A stretch of DNA of 64,000 nucleotides, taken from positions 21,080,001 through 21,144,000 of the forward strand of contig OZ365113.1 in the NCBI GenBank assembly GCA_977030845.1. The letters run 5' to 3'. Origin of the DNA: Fimbriosthenelais zetlandica (taxonomy: Eukaryota). Positions within the stretch are counted from its first letter, which is position 1; each line of letters begins with the position of its first letter. The position numbers were made by a program, and so were the translations under genes. The notes under the pieces were generated by a model that saw only the letters and a program-made list of their open reading frames with translations, ran no database searches and was not told the origin of the DNA. Positions 32,493-45,389 of the stretch are shown one piece after another.

Positions 32493-32800
32493 ACATAATT
32501 TATGGACGGCCCCATATAATATAAAAATTTCAATATTTTGGAAACTTGATGCATGCAGTAACCTCTAGTCTATCCCCAGTTTACTTGAGAATAAAACCAC
32601 CTATTGATAATCTGAATAATATGGGGATACTACCAGTCATTACGTGCCAATGAAAATGGTCAATTTTAGTATACTACTCATAGCTATAACACTGCATGAG
32701 GACCTTGTTCAGTAGTAGAATATACATAATAGCCAATCTAATGCTCAAAATCTCGAAAGTAGGTCAAATCTTTAAAGTTAGGGACTTTATGGACGACCCC
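32493..32800. mobile_element. Two same-orientation TIR-like ends, PIF/Harbinger-type MITE fragments (tentative)
   Basis: acataatttatggacggcccc (32493-32513) and ctttatggacgacccc (32785-32800). The reverse complement GGGG(C/T)CGTCCATAAA resembles Harbinger-type termini from memory. No matching opposite end was found. Confidence 0.3.
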
Positions 32801-35800
32801 TTCTTAGCATTGGGTAATATTGAGCAATATTAGTTGCATTAAATATTGAAAGTAATCCAATTTTGAAAAAAAAGCATTGAAACTGATAGAATATTAGGGA
32901 TAATGAAGCTAAAGTCCTTAAGTTGTCCTGTGGGACAGGAGCAACTTGAGGTGCTTATGGTGGATTAATAACCTTGAATGGACGAATTTTCAGTTTGTAC
33001 TTAAGTAGAAGGCTGCACTTTCTCACGCTTTATCTGTCTTGACTTCCTTCATCTTCTTTTGTCAGATGCTTATGGTTTTTGCTCACGAAAGGTTTGCTGC
33101 TTCTCCTCTCCTCTGAAATGTCTGGCTGATTTCTTTTTCTATTGCTGTGGTGATACGGTTTTAAACAGCTTTTAGTCATCTTATATTTAGCTAAGGAGAA
33201 ACGGCAAATGTCCTTTTCTTCATCCATAATTTTGTGGCATATTGCCATATGATAAGGCTGATGTAGAAATCTGTTCGTTCATTTTGAAACATCAAATTTA
33301 TATACATAGGTGAAGAATTTCTCAGTCTGAGTATACATGAGGCAGGAATATTGAATTGGATGGCAACAGATTGTAATTAGCCCATGACCTTGAGACAAGA
33401 GACTAATTGTCAGTGCAATCCAAAGTTCCCAACTTTGCAAATAGGTGGAGAGGAATGGTTGAGCCTTCCTCGAGTTACTAAGATATTGCCTTACTGGCTG
33501 TGACCAAGACTTATAGTGGTTCATCAGCACAGCGTGAGGAATGCTGACTATTTAATGGAGAGTTTCCAGCTCTGATTGGTAGATGGCTCCTGCCCCTGAT
33601 TCCCATTGACCTTGTCACTTGGCTGTCTCATACAAATTACCGATGAGCTATAGACCATAATGAGGTGACCCCGACACTCAGCTGCAAATGACAGGGAGAT
33701 CACTTACAAATGACAGTAGAATGAGCAAATGAGCTGAGCAAGGTCTATATAGGTTTACCCTGCTTCCTCCCATACTGCCATTAAGACATCACGACAGTCA
33801 TGACAATTAGTTAGAACATAACTCTATAGAGTCATTTCAGATTGATTTGGGTTTTTGGATGATTATACAAAGTGCCCTCGTCCCAATAATATTTCCCTTT
33901 TTACATGGAGAAAGAGTAATTTTGTCACCATTTCAATGATTTGGGCGTTGATTTAATCAGGGGAATAGCTTTTAATTCTCAGTATCCTCAATACACGCAT
34001 GATTTAGATGAAATTTAATTAAGGAATTTAATTGTCTGTTCTATCCCTCTGCATGCACTTTGTCTGTTCTATTAGAGCAGATCAGAAAGTACAGTTGGAA
34101 TCTTCCCTTTAAACAATCTGTCTAATATGAGACATCCTTCGAATATGAGACATCAGTGTCCATTAGGAAATAATATACTAATGTCTGCAGGAAGATGAAC
34201 TTCTGATGTTGACTGTCAATACAAGGACTGTCTGAGATGAGGGATGGCTCTGTGTGATCTACAGGCATCTTCATGTCATATCATTTACATGCCAGGCTTG
34301 TTTGTCTCAAAATGGCTTCACTTCCCATGCCATTTGGGAAGTTTCTCTTTGGTATTATGCTATATTCTGTCCTATTAATGCACAATATTGTAGGTTCCAA
34401 GTCAAGTATGTTAAATTGTGGATGTTTTTAACTTAGGTGGTCCTACATTTATAGGTGTACATGCCCAAGCATAGGTCGATCGCATCAAGAGTATAGTCTA
34501 TGCATGATGCCGCCTTAAACCTCTCAGAATTGATGGTGAACCTCAGCATAGATTTAGTTCTCACATCAAACTTTCATATCTATATTAAGTCTCCTCGGAC
34601 AAGATAAGTAATATAGGTGAAAGGCAATAACATGATGAATAGATTATACAAAATAAAGGACATGACACTGCATCTTTGGGAGGAATTTAAGGATATGATC
34701 CATACAGAATTGAGTGAGGCTAGGAGGGGAACGACCAATAGCTGCGGCTTCGTGAGCACCAATCTCTCCTGATTTTTGTTTGAGAATATGAATAAACAAT
34801 GAATCTGATATCGAATTTCGTGAATACCAGACACTGGGCTTGCCTTCCCCTCTTTGCGCATTGAAAGCATTGTGGGGATATTGGAAGTGCACTCAGGGAA
34901 AGTGTGCTTGGAATGGCATTCGCGGCGACAGACATATTTCTTTTAAACATTTTCTTATAATGCTTTGAGACATATTGCCTGACTCCTTTATGAAATCAAA
35001 GTTCTATACTTTAGTGGGTTTACTTTGAATTTACTTTATATGATCATGTGGTTCCTACTGTATGACGATGGTGCAATTCAATAACATAATTCTATCGAAA
35101 CGCATTTTATCATCCACCCTTCACAGTCATCGGGATATATATTCTTCAGGCTCTGGCTAAGTATTGATGAGAAATTATGCTTCTCTTGACTTCTACTCCC
35201 AATGAGCAATGTCTAAGGAGATCTAGGGTTGCATATCCATATTGGCTTTCTCAGTATACCATGGAAAGATGCTTCCTAATTGATTTATTACGATGTACGA
35301 TTGAGAGATGGTTACATAATTATTGTAAGCTGGAAGTGTCCAGGGGCCTTCTTAATTAGTTCGGCTGCCATGCACCTGAGCTTTTACCTGAACATCCGCC
35401 AGGGAAATTGATAACCGTGTGGGAAAATACTTTCTAAAAGTAATCTAAGTGATTAACTGAGAAATTGATGCTTTTATAACATACTGTCTAAATAACTTGT
35501 TAGTAGATCTCTTTATTGCTATGAGATTCAATATGTCTGACATTCAGGAATGAAGCTTACAATGTATATAATACAAATTATATATATTATTTCAAGAAAA
35601 GAAGGTAGATACACTCATATTGTAAGGGAAACAATTAAACAACTATAGTCGCATTTCTGCTGAGGTAATGTTTGAACACTGAGTAATTATTGAATGTTGT
35701 ACACACTGTATGTTTGCTCATGGGAATTGTAGACGACTAAACATCTTTTACTTCATATGTTGCCAGAGCTACATAAAATTTCCCTCGTGCTAACATTCCT

Positions 35801-36859
35801 TGTATTCTGTATAAACAGGATATTGCCGATCCGTGTACAGATGAACAATAGCACATAATTATTTTGCCATGAGAGTCAACCCAAACATGAAATCAATCAT
35901 TCACCGATTTATACATGAATAGTCCATTGTGCTAATGTTTGATATAATGTTAAAACTACTGCCCCATGCAATGTTAAGTGCACTTAATATGTACAAGTAG
36001 GTTTACAATTAACGCTTAATTGTGCTGCTAATCACTGCTCTGTGAAGAAAAATAATATTATAATGAAAGATGCAAATCAATGATGAAACTGTTCCAAAGA
36101 AGTGAACATTTTTGGTGAGAGAGTTTTAGCATTAGACACTGGAACACTGGAGAGTTTTAGCAAAGACACTGGAAGTCTTGCAAAAATACCACATTCACAC
36201 ATCAAAAACAATTATTGAGAGGGATAAATACTTTACTTGAAGGCAGTCACAGCACTGTCACGAAGGTTATAAAAGCATCTTGACCCCTGTCACCCGAAAC
36301 ACGCTGAGTCCAATAAGACTGGGGTTTACATAGTCTAGTACCATCTGATTGTTCCCACTCACTTGTCCCTTGGCCCTCTGTCTGGCCCCAGCCAATTATG
36401 AGGGCATTAACAGGTCCCTTGGTCTATCACAATACCATCCATCTCCTGCCTGCCCTTGCCCATCACACCCACATCGGTCTTGCTATTTCCCAGTTGACCA
36501 GCATCCTTCAAACTTGTTCGGATGAAGAGTAACCACACCGGGCAGTTCTCCTATCATCCACTCTTTAGGCCCTGATTACCTATTGGACTAACAAAGGATG
36601 AAAATCCCTTGCTTCACCTTGATATATTGCCTCTCTGTCCCTTTTTTTATTGCCCTTCTCTTGCTTCACTACAGAGGTCTCTTATTTATTACTAGTGAAC
36701 TTTGCTTCATTGGCCTTTGGCTCGGAGCCGAATCATTCATTTGAATAGCAGGTCCAGAATCATTCATGCGTCAGCTTCATGTTAAGTGTTGATTAATAAG
36801 CTACTGAGTTGGAAAACAAGTCAAAACCATGTAGCCGAACCCTAGGTACTGTCCTTTTA

Positions 36860-37320
36860 TCATTTCATACAGGCTTTGTAGACTATGGGTACTGGGCCAT
36901 TTAGAATGATTGCCCATGGTCGGGGTATCCTATATCTATAGGTTGATGTATGGACAGATCCCATAGCCAATATATCCATTATTAATGCTGGTAATGGGCC
37001 GGGTGATATCGCAATAAGGATACACCTCTTACAAGCTATCTGTCTATTTGTCCTTTGAGGAAAATGTCCTTCCCAACCCATACACACCCGCCCTACCACC
37101 CTCGTGGCCCAATGATTCATGGACCAAATAGGAGACTTGAAATGGGTGTTTTCCATCAATTCCATGCAGGCAGTATGGTCGGGACTTTTTTCACATGACC
37201 ATTTATAGTATTGACCACTGTAAGATGATGAATCTTCCAGATGAGGTAGCCTCAAATGCAATTTCCTTGCAGTCTCTGTATTCCAAGATGTAAAGCTCTC
37301 GGAATTATATATCACCCACT
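36860..37320 (-). mobile_element. Decayed Ty3/Gypsy integrase fragment
   Basis: In overlapping frames: LVHESLGHEG (HH of the HHCC finger), HFPQ...IACKRC (CC half) and RIPRPWAIILNGPVP (cf. P.RPW..(I/V).xD..GPLP at the start of the rve core). Confidence 0.5.
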
Positions 37321-40300
37321 GCTTTCTGCCGAATTATAATCATCCCTTCCCCTCCCCCAACTAACTAAAGATACGCTATTTATATCCTTATCCCTCGGCC
37401 ATAGGTCTTGGTTGCTTTGCGGAGGGATCACATATTAAGCCCTCGGTCGGGTCACAGAAGTTAGTTGGGGGAACGTATATCAAGAGCAGTTCTCCATATT
37501 ATGAATACAAGTCATTTTCATTGCTTGTTTGCCAAAGATGAAGCATTATTAAGCAAGTTATCAGACCAATGTTCTTAATTATTTCTTTATAATAATAACA
37601 ACAGTACCAGCCTGTAATAAAAACAAGAATCTGTAGTGTTTTTCATCAAAGGAAAACAGCATACTGGTTTCAAGTTTCGAAAGGTGTGGCTTGGATTTCA
37701 CTTTGAGGTGGTGGGAGGTTTTGCGCTGAAGCAACAGATGACGTGTTAAAACATCTGATCTCCGAACCTTTTCTATGTTGCAAATTGCGGCAAAATTCAT
37801 GGTTGTATTTCGTATGTTTAGGCCAAGATGCTGTTTTCAGTATGTGAGCCAGCACTTCTGAACATTTTAAAGATTTTACACTTCGCAATACCTTTCACAC
37901 TCTTCTCACCTTGTAGACTTGATTTAGATGGTGCCTTCTAGACTAAGGTTATAGCCTAAAGAAATTATCAGCAGTCGTCAGAATTTATTCCTCCCATCTG
38001 AATCAAATCAATTTCACAGATTAAACTCTCCGTGCATGAGGCGTGAAAAGCAATCATTGTGGGTGGGAAGAAGTAGTTTAAACAGGCGGGCACCAGGAAT
38101 CAAGAATCACAGCAAATTCTGCTGACGTGACAGTCAGTTTCCTGCATTAATCTTTATTGCAATGAATCGTGTTTAAAACTCTTGCTTCTTGTTGCCGTGG
38201 TGACAGCTCCCCGGCCCTACCCGACTGGCATTGTAAGATTAAATAATTCACTTTAATTGCTTTGTGTTTGAGAGGCGAAGTCTTTTAGCACATTATTTTT
38301 TAGTAAATGAGACTTCTGGGAACATTTTGTAGTATGTTCAGGTGAGTCATCCATCTTATTGATTTTGTTTTTGAGGAATAGAGGGATGGTTCTGCGGAAG
38401 CCCCAGGCTGATTGAGGTCAGGTGCCATGCACCTCCTGTGGTACTTTCTCCAGTTTTCTCTGTCTGTGATTTTATTGTTGCTAAAATTAAAATTCTTTTA
38501 AATCATGGTCGTGTATACATGTTTGTGCTTTGGTGGTACCTTGCCTGAGACGGATATAACTTTTCCCAAGTGTCAATTAACACAAATCACAGAGAAATTT
38601 GAATGTTTAGAATCTTTTATTGATATTCGGTGGCGACATTTCCGTTCTGTCCTCTGCGTGACTATGGCCAATACAAAGGACCACTGTTTCTGTTGTCCAA
38701 CTGAAAGTCCTCTCGCATTCAGCGAGAGTAATGAATCCCTGAGCAATTCGTTGAATGCTGATTAGGCAATTTCAGCATTTCATTCCATGGCCTTAATGAA
38801 CCCTACTGATTGACATTATGTGCCATGTAACATTCTCAGAACCTTGTCAAGCCACATATCTTATGTAATTTAATGAGAAGTTAATGTGTTCTACTGCGCA
38901 GCTAAGTCCATGAGAGTGGGTTTGTGTGCGTGTGAGAGAGGATAGGAGGATGGGTGGTTGTTGCGGAGAGCAGAAGAGTGGATGGATGGGTGGGTGGGAG
39001 GTTTGGTGGGTAGGTAGTGTACATAGGATGGATAGGTGCAAATGTTGGAGGGTAGGTTATTGTCGTGGGTTGTCTCTGCGGTCTATAGCTTGCTTTTCAA
39101 ATATGTAGTCAATTCTGGTCACTATTCATTGAATCAGAGCCAAAAGCTACTATTTAGCAGCTAAAACGTATTAATGCCCCTGTCCTCGGGCACATTTTGC
39201 TATTGATACTTGAGTGAAAAATAGCTTACTTACATTAAAAGTTGAATGTAGAGCTATGAATATTTTAAAACCTTATGAAATGTACAACATAGCTTTGTGA
39301 TATAATGCATGGGATTGCATGATGCCAGATCCCCATCTGCCTCATGAATAAAGGCATCTATTCCACCAGAAACACACCTGTACCAGGCATATGGGGGATC
39401 AAATTGAAAAGATACAAAAACTGCATAAAACACTTCTCTCATGTGATGTGTGTGCCAGAGGCCCTGGTTTGTCGATATTCAATTTGGCAGGCTGCAGTGC
39501 ATGTTTCTGCTACTAGTATATAACGTACTACCTAACGTAGAAAGGGATGCAAAATATAAAAAAAATACTACATGTCTTAGCCTTTCCAAATTATCGCCTT
39601 TCCAAATGTTTCTCTGCAAATGACCGCACAGCACTTATATTAAGTGGATACAAGATCATTTGCTACCCATTATCCTTAAAGAAATGAGATAGACTTTTAC
39701 TTCTTTTTTAAAGTGGCAGCAATGTCTTTACTGACCTTAACAGCAAACGGTTTGCACACTCCTTTTTCTGAGCCAGTCTCGCCAGTATGAGGAGAAAAAA
39801 CAGAATATATATACGTAGAGGCCATAACGGGTGGATTTTCTAGGTGCGCCAATGAGCTCTTTGGCAAAGAAAGTGGAATCTTTTCAAGAAAAGTAGGCTT
39901 TAATGAAGGTAAATTAAACGAATCTGTTGCCCTTATCTGCACTGTTATATATTGCTCAACTGCATGGAAGATTCATCTGAATCCTTTTCAGTGTTCTTGA
40001 ATGAGGAACGGTGCAACTCCTCAGATGCTTTGTTCATTCAAATGTTTTTCACCCCAGTCCTCTTCTTTGCTCTGTGTTTAATCTCAATAAATTGCCTTCC
40101 TCTTCCTCGCACTGTTCTTCCACTTTTTATTTCCAGTTGTAATATGGAATAGGTCCCATCCATTCCCTCTTCATTGCGCCCTTTTGGTTTTTACCTTTCC
40201 AGCCCCAGAGGCATCCTCCATCTAAGAATCTCTTTCCCCGTGCAAGTCTTTCTCTTCTCTTCTATACATATTCCATTCATATATGGTTATATTCTCGAAG

Positions 40301-43300
40301 CAACCAGATGAATGTTGAAAACTAACAATTATAAAATCTACATCAGCTTGGGATGGTTATGATTCCAATTGTTCTGCATGGTCCTTTTGCCTGGAGAATT
40401 GTTGTTCCCCACTCTTCATCGCCTTTCCCTTTCCATACCAGTCATTTGTTTAGTCAGCATGACCAACTGGAGGCTGATAGATCTCACAGAGTAAACGCCA
40501 AGTAGCAACTCCACACAGCTTCCAGACATGAGAGCGTCTCCTCGCCCGCCAGATTAGATCAACACAGTAGGCTACTCTACCTCTTCTTTAGTATAACCAT
40601 CACGCCACCAGCATTAATAGTCCGTCTTTTGCCTGCCAATTGAGAGTTGTGATTATTTCCAGAAGATGTGGTTTCGGAAAACTGGCTCTGAAGATGGATG
40701 GTGGGGATGCGTGAGGTGGATTTGGTAAATAGCTGATTGTGGAGATCCTGTCTTGGATGTTGCCAGTCCTATATAGGCCTTTGGTGGGTGGGAGTAAAGA
40801 CAGGATCTGGTTTCTAAATGAGGAATATCTAGAGAGTAAAATAATGATAAAGTGGTTTGAAAATAGCACCAAATAATCGAAAGGTCGATATTTACGTATC
40901 CTTCTGTCCTTTTAATTTTGTAAAAACTCTTTTAAAAATACACGCGAGAACAACATCCTGTATGAATCCTGCATGCAGCATGTCCTCAGACATCATTACA
41001 GTTGTATAGCGGTATATATGGCTGGACTACTGGGATTATATGTTCGGGATTAGCTCTTGTCGACTGTATATTAGGATCAGTGTGCCTTCCCGGGTAGGTA
41101 ATCTCAGTCAGCTGTATCTGAATGTCAGACCATGTATCTATGTCATATATATACCTCAGATTAATACCGGTTAGTGTTTATATGCTTCTCCATCATTGCA
41201 ACTGCTACTTTCTCTTCTTCATTATCCTTTTCTTCTTCATTCTTTTCCCTTTCTTCTCCTCCCTCGCCCCCGTCCCCTCCGACTTCTTATTGTGTTTTTT
41301 TCACTTTCACTTCTCGATTTCGTCTTTCCCAATTTGCCCGTCTGCGGTGAGTCCTACATTCGGGACATCAGGTGTTCCCCCATTCATTACTGAAACTTAA
41401 GAGCACACTAACCAGGCGAGATTTTGAAACTTGATTAAAATGGGAGAAAACATGCCATTCAATCCCCTCCATTACACTCTCCACTTTTAAACGCTTCACA
41501 TTCTCAAAACTTTGAGACAAAGCCAGTGTCTTTCTTGGGAATTGAGTGATTGAAGGTGACATCTTTGCGTAATTTGGTGGCTACACTGAGGAGAATGGTC
41601 TCATCCTATCATTACCACCAGCTCTCTGCTATCATTAATTTCAGATGGGGTTAATTTTATCGAAGATATCCGTAGTTTGTTTAGTTTCTTTCACTCTTTG
41701 TTCTGAAGTAACAACTAAAATGTTGAGTTGATTTCCATATAAATATGAGTGTATTTCATATTGATTAGTTTTTAAGCTATTTCTTCCTTGTTTGTCGGGG
41801 AAAGTTTTGATGTATCAGCACTTTTCATTTTATTTACCACTATTTAATATTGCACGTATTGAAAAATATACTTTTTAAATTATTCGATGTCATTATAGCG
41901 GCATTTACATCCCATTAGCAGCATACATTGCTGTTTGTTGGTTGTTTTTGCAATGGAAGAAATGTATTTACCCTGTTTGCCTGATAAGGATCTTAATGGA
42001 TCAGCCCTGATGCAGTATATGACGGGCATAATCTCTACAGCAGGTGTGCTGCAGAAATCACATATAGGGGAGGCCAGCTGAAACTTCTGTTTTTCTTCCA
42101 CTGAGATTTATTACGTCTGTATTCAGTGCATTAATCCTTCCATAGTCTGGGCAATCATGTGAAAATATATTAATTGTGAATAAGGTCTGATTTATGTATA
42201 ATGATGAAACTACATTGATCTAGGTTCTTAATTACTTATATGGAAATCATTAGCTTAATTACAAAGGTATTCCTCTTAGTATACTTGTTCATCTGTTATG
42301 TATGTTTGTGTGTTTTTGTTGCTGATTGACAATTAATTTAATTGGCCTGAAAGTAATGGGGAAGGGTCGTGCATGGGGGATCGATCCCTCACCGAACAAT
42401 TGCTGGGAATGCATCCTTCTTAAAGCTGCATCGGACCCTTGTAATTGTTGGAAGCCTCTGCACACAAACAACATGATCTTAAAGAATTTTTCAATAAAAA
42501 TTCCACCAAGGCACGCAACAATTACATCAAGGCCATCGTATGCATTTATTACAAGAAGAAAGAAATCATGTTTGAATCATGTTTCCTATGGCCTACAAGT
42601 ATCAATATATATACAGGTAAAACTGCCGTCTTGAGATCTAGGGATAATTAGTATTTTTCATAACAAAATATTGGCCATACTATACGTTCTTTCCTAAATC
42701 TAGGAAAGAAGCAAGCTCTTACACTGCTCTATTTGCCTGTGTCTTGCAGGTCTTTGTTTAGTTCATCTTGGAGATAATTTTTCGTTTATGCCTCAGGTCT
42801 CAAGGGCTTACTACTGTGGTTGAGGATGGTTGGGTGTAATCAGATTGGGTGAAGGGCAAAGCATGCCACAATGTAATTAGTATAGTTTACGAGAAGAAGG
42901 AGCCATATTTACAGCTAGAGTCATTACAGTCTATACCCCTCTAGCAGCCCCAACTGTAGCTAGAAGAGGTGAGACAGCAGCCTTGTACGGGTCAGGCAAT
43001 TGACTACCTTGAAATTTCTGAAAACTTCAGTATGTTCACCAATTTGGACTTTCTTTCTTTCGCAGTTGTAAATACCAAGCATTATTGAACCAGAGCAAGT
43101 GAATACTGGCTGAATCTGAGATTAGAATAGTTGATATATATATGCATGATCTGACCCGGTATTTGTCACGAAGGAAATAGCGGAGCCTTGGCGGCCAGAT
43201 GCATTGATTTAGCATTAGGACTGTTATAAATTAAAGATGAACCTGAGAGGGCATCACTTAATATGAATGAGGATTGGAGCTGTGATCAATATTGGAAGTG

Positions 43301-45173
43301 AATGCCCCTCCTCTGGGAATAATGCTTCCTCTCGCTTCCTCTAGATATAGATCATTTTCATTCAATATTCCTTCGGTATGCGTCAATATTATAATTTTCA
43401 ATCTTTCGTTCTCCTGTTCCCGAATCTGCCTTTTCTTTTCAACACATCGTTATTTGCGATGTATTGACTCCAGCTGGTTAAGGTTAAGTCATTTGGGATA
43501 ATTTGTTCAGTATATACTATGGATCAATCTTAATTCATTCCTGTCTGGAATCCGGCCACTTCATTCTCTGTTTGTCTCTCTTTTTCTTTCTTCTATCTGC
43601 CTCAATACCCATCGTTCATTCGACCCCTTACTTCTCCAGTATACATTGACTCTACTCTCCTTTCCTCCACAGGTCAACAACCTTAACTTATATTAAAACC
43701 GTCGATTTGTATATGGTACCCTAGTAATTAAAGTGTCTTGCATTACGTTAGGGCCATTGGGCATATAGAGTAATGGATATTGAGGCCTCGAAAATAGAGC
43801 CAGCTGAGACATCCCAATAGACCTGGGTCTCTCCATTCTCCCTGGGGATTTTATGTGGCGATCTCATTATTACAGGCTTACTGGGTGATATGTAGGTGCT
43901 TGACAGAGGAGCCATTTAAATTGCAAAATATAAGATTGGATATATCTGCCTCCTACAATGTAGGTTTCCCGTATTTGAATACCCAAAGGATTCTCATGGT
44001 ATAATCAAGCATGACACAGCACGAATACGAAAGAGAACCTGAGAGGGGACCTTGTCTCGATAGAGCCCGCAGCAGTTTATTGGAGGCAGGATTTGACCTC
44101 ATGTTACCACAGCCCACCTTTTTCACTCTTCAATTTCAAGAATCCTTTCAATTTGTCTTTGACGTGTTATTGATTACTTCTTTTTAACACGCAGGTGTAG
44201 GAGGGTTTCCTTTTTTGGACAATTCCAATTACGTTAAAAATGGTTCATTTTCTGAATGAAGAGAAGAAGAAAAGTTAATAAGACAACTTTTGAGTTGATT
44301 GTATTCTGTATTTGAAGTCATGACCCCCACTGGGTTATTCGACAAGAATTGCTGTGATAGGATTTGGAATGCTAGACTTTGCATATAAAGGTTTAGTAGG
44401 ACGATTATATGTTCTTTTGTAGCTTGAAAGATGCACCAGGCTAGAGATATAAACGCCAGGTTTGATGAGGGACGTGGCAAGGACTCTCACATATCTCAAT
44501 ATATCCTTATAATAACAAGATCCCACAATAACCAAAAAGTGATGAAGACATACTGAAACCCAATATATACATTTTGAAGATTTGAAATGCAAAATAGTGG
44601 CCAATTACAGTGGCTATTGCTTACATATATTGCACATGCATATAGAAGTATAGTGATATCTCTTTCACTACATGTCCTAGCTAGGATGAATTACATTCCC
44701 CTCTTCTGCCGCTGCTTCTATTATTACCAAGCCTTTCATTTTTGCAGCATCATCATGATTTTTACCGGCATCATCATAACTTAATTATGATCATCGTTGT
44801 GTCATCGGTTTGATGATGATGATTATGTTGTTGTTATGATGCCTTCCCCTTTAGTAGCTCAGTGCATACAGGCTATAACTGGCCCCATCTTGTGGGTTGC
44901 ACCAATTAATTCCTCCGGCCATGTGGTAGGCTCAAGACTGCTTCTGTAAGGCACTGTCTACATTCTTAAAGCTGGAGATGGAGAAGGCTTGGGAACAAAT
45001 GCTTGGAGATTCAATCTGTACAGGTTGAAATGTAAAATACCAATGAATAGGAAAATTTACAGAGTTCGAGTGTCAAGATGTTTAGGTCGTATTCTTATGT
45101 AGTATAAAGTATGAATATATAAAGAAGGCAAAGGAATATCATGTTAAAAACTATTATTCATTGCTAAAGATGC

Positions 45174-45389
45174 TTAGGCAGTTACTGTAGTTAAAGCTGA
45201 AATAGACATATAGCTTAGAGCTATGTTATTTGAGGTACTCCAATTAATCACCTTGTTCAATGCAGCTTGGCTCCATTCATCCCATTCAATGTCAATGGCA
45301 TTCTGCCCACAGGACACGGAGGCCACTCCCTTAATTAAGAAATTAATAAATGAAATGCATGTCCTGGGGTGAGAACCTATTGCCAACAA
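45174..45389 (-). mobile_element. Decayed LINE (CR1/L2/Jockey-like) RT fragment
   Basis: SQAALNKVINWSTSNNIAL matches the LQxxLxxVxxWSxxNxMxLN motif that follows the RT YADD region. Confidence 0.5.

Noticed and set aside
44745-44835. (CAT)n/(GAT)n fold-back
   Set aside because: Complementary low-complexity trinucleotide runs pair trivially.
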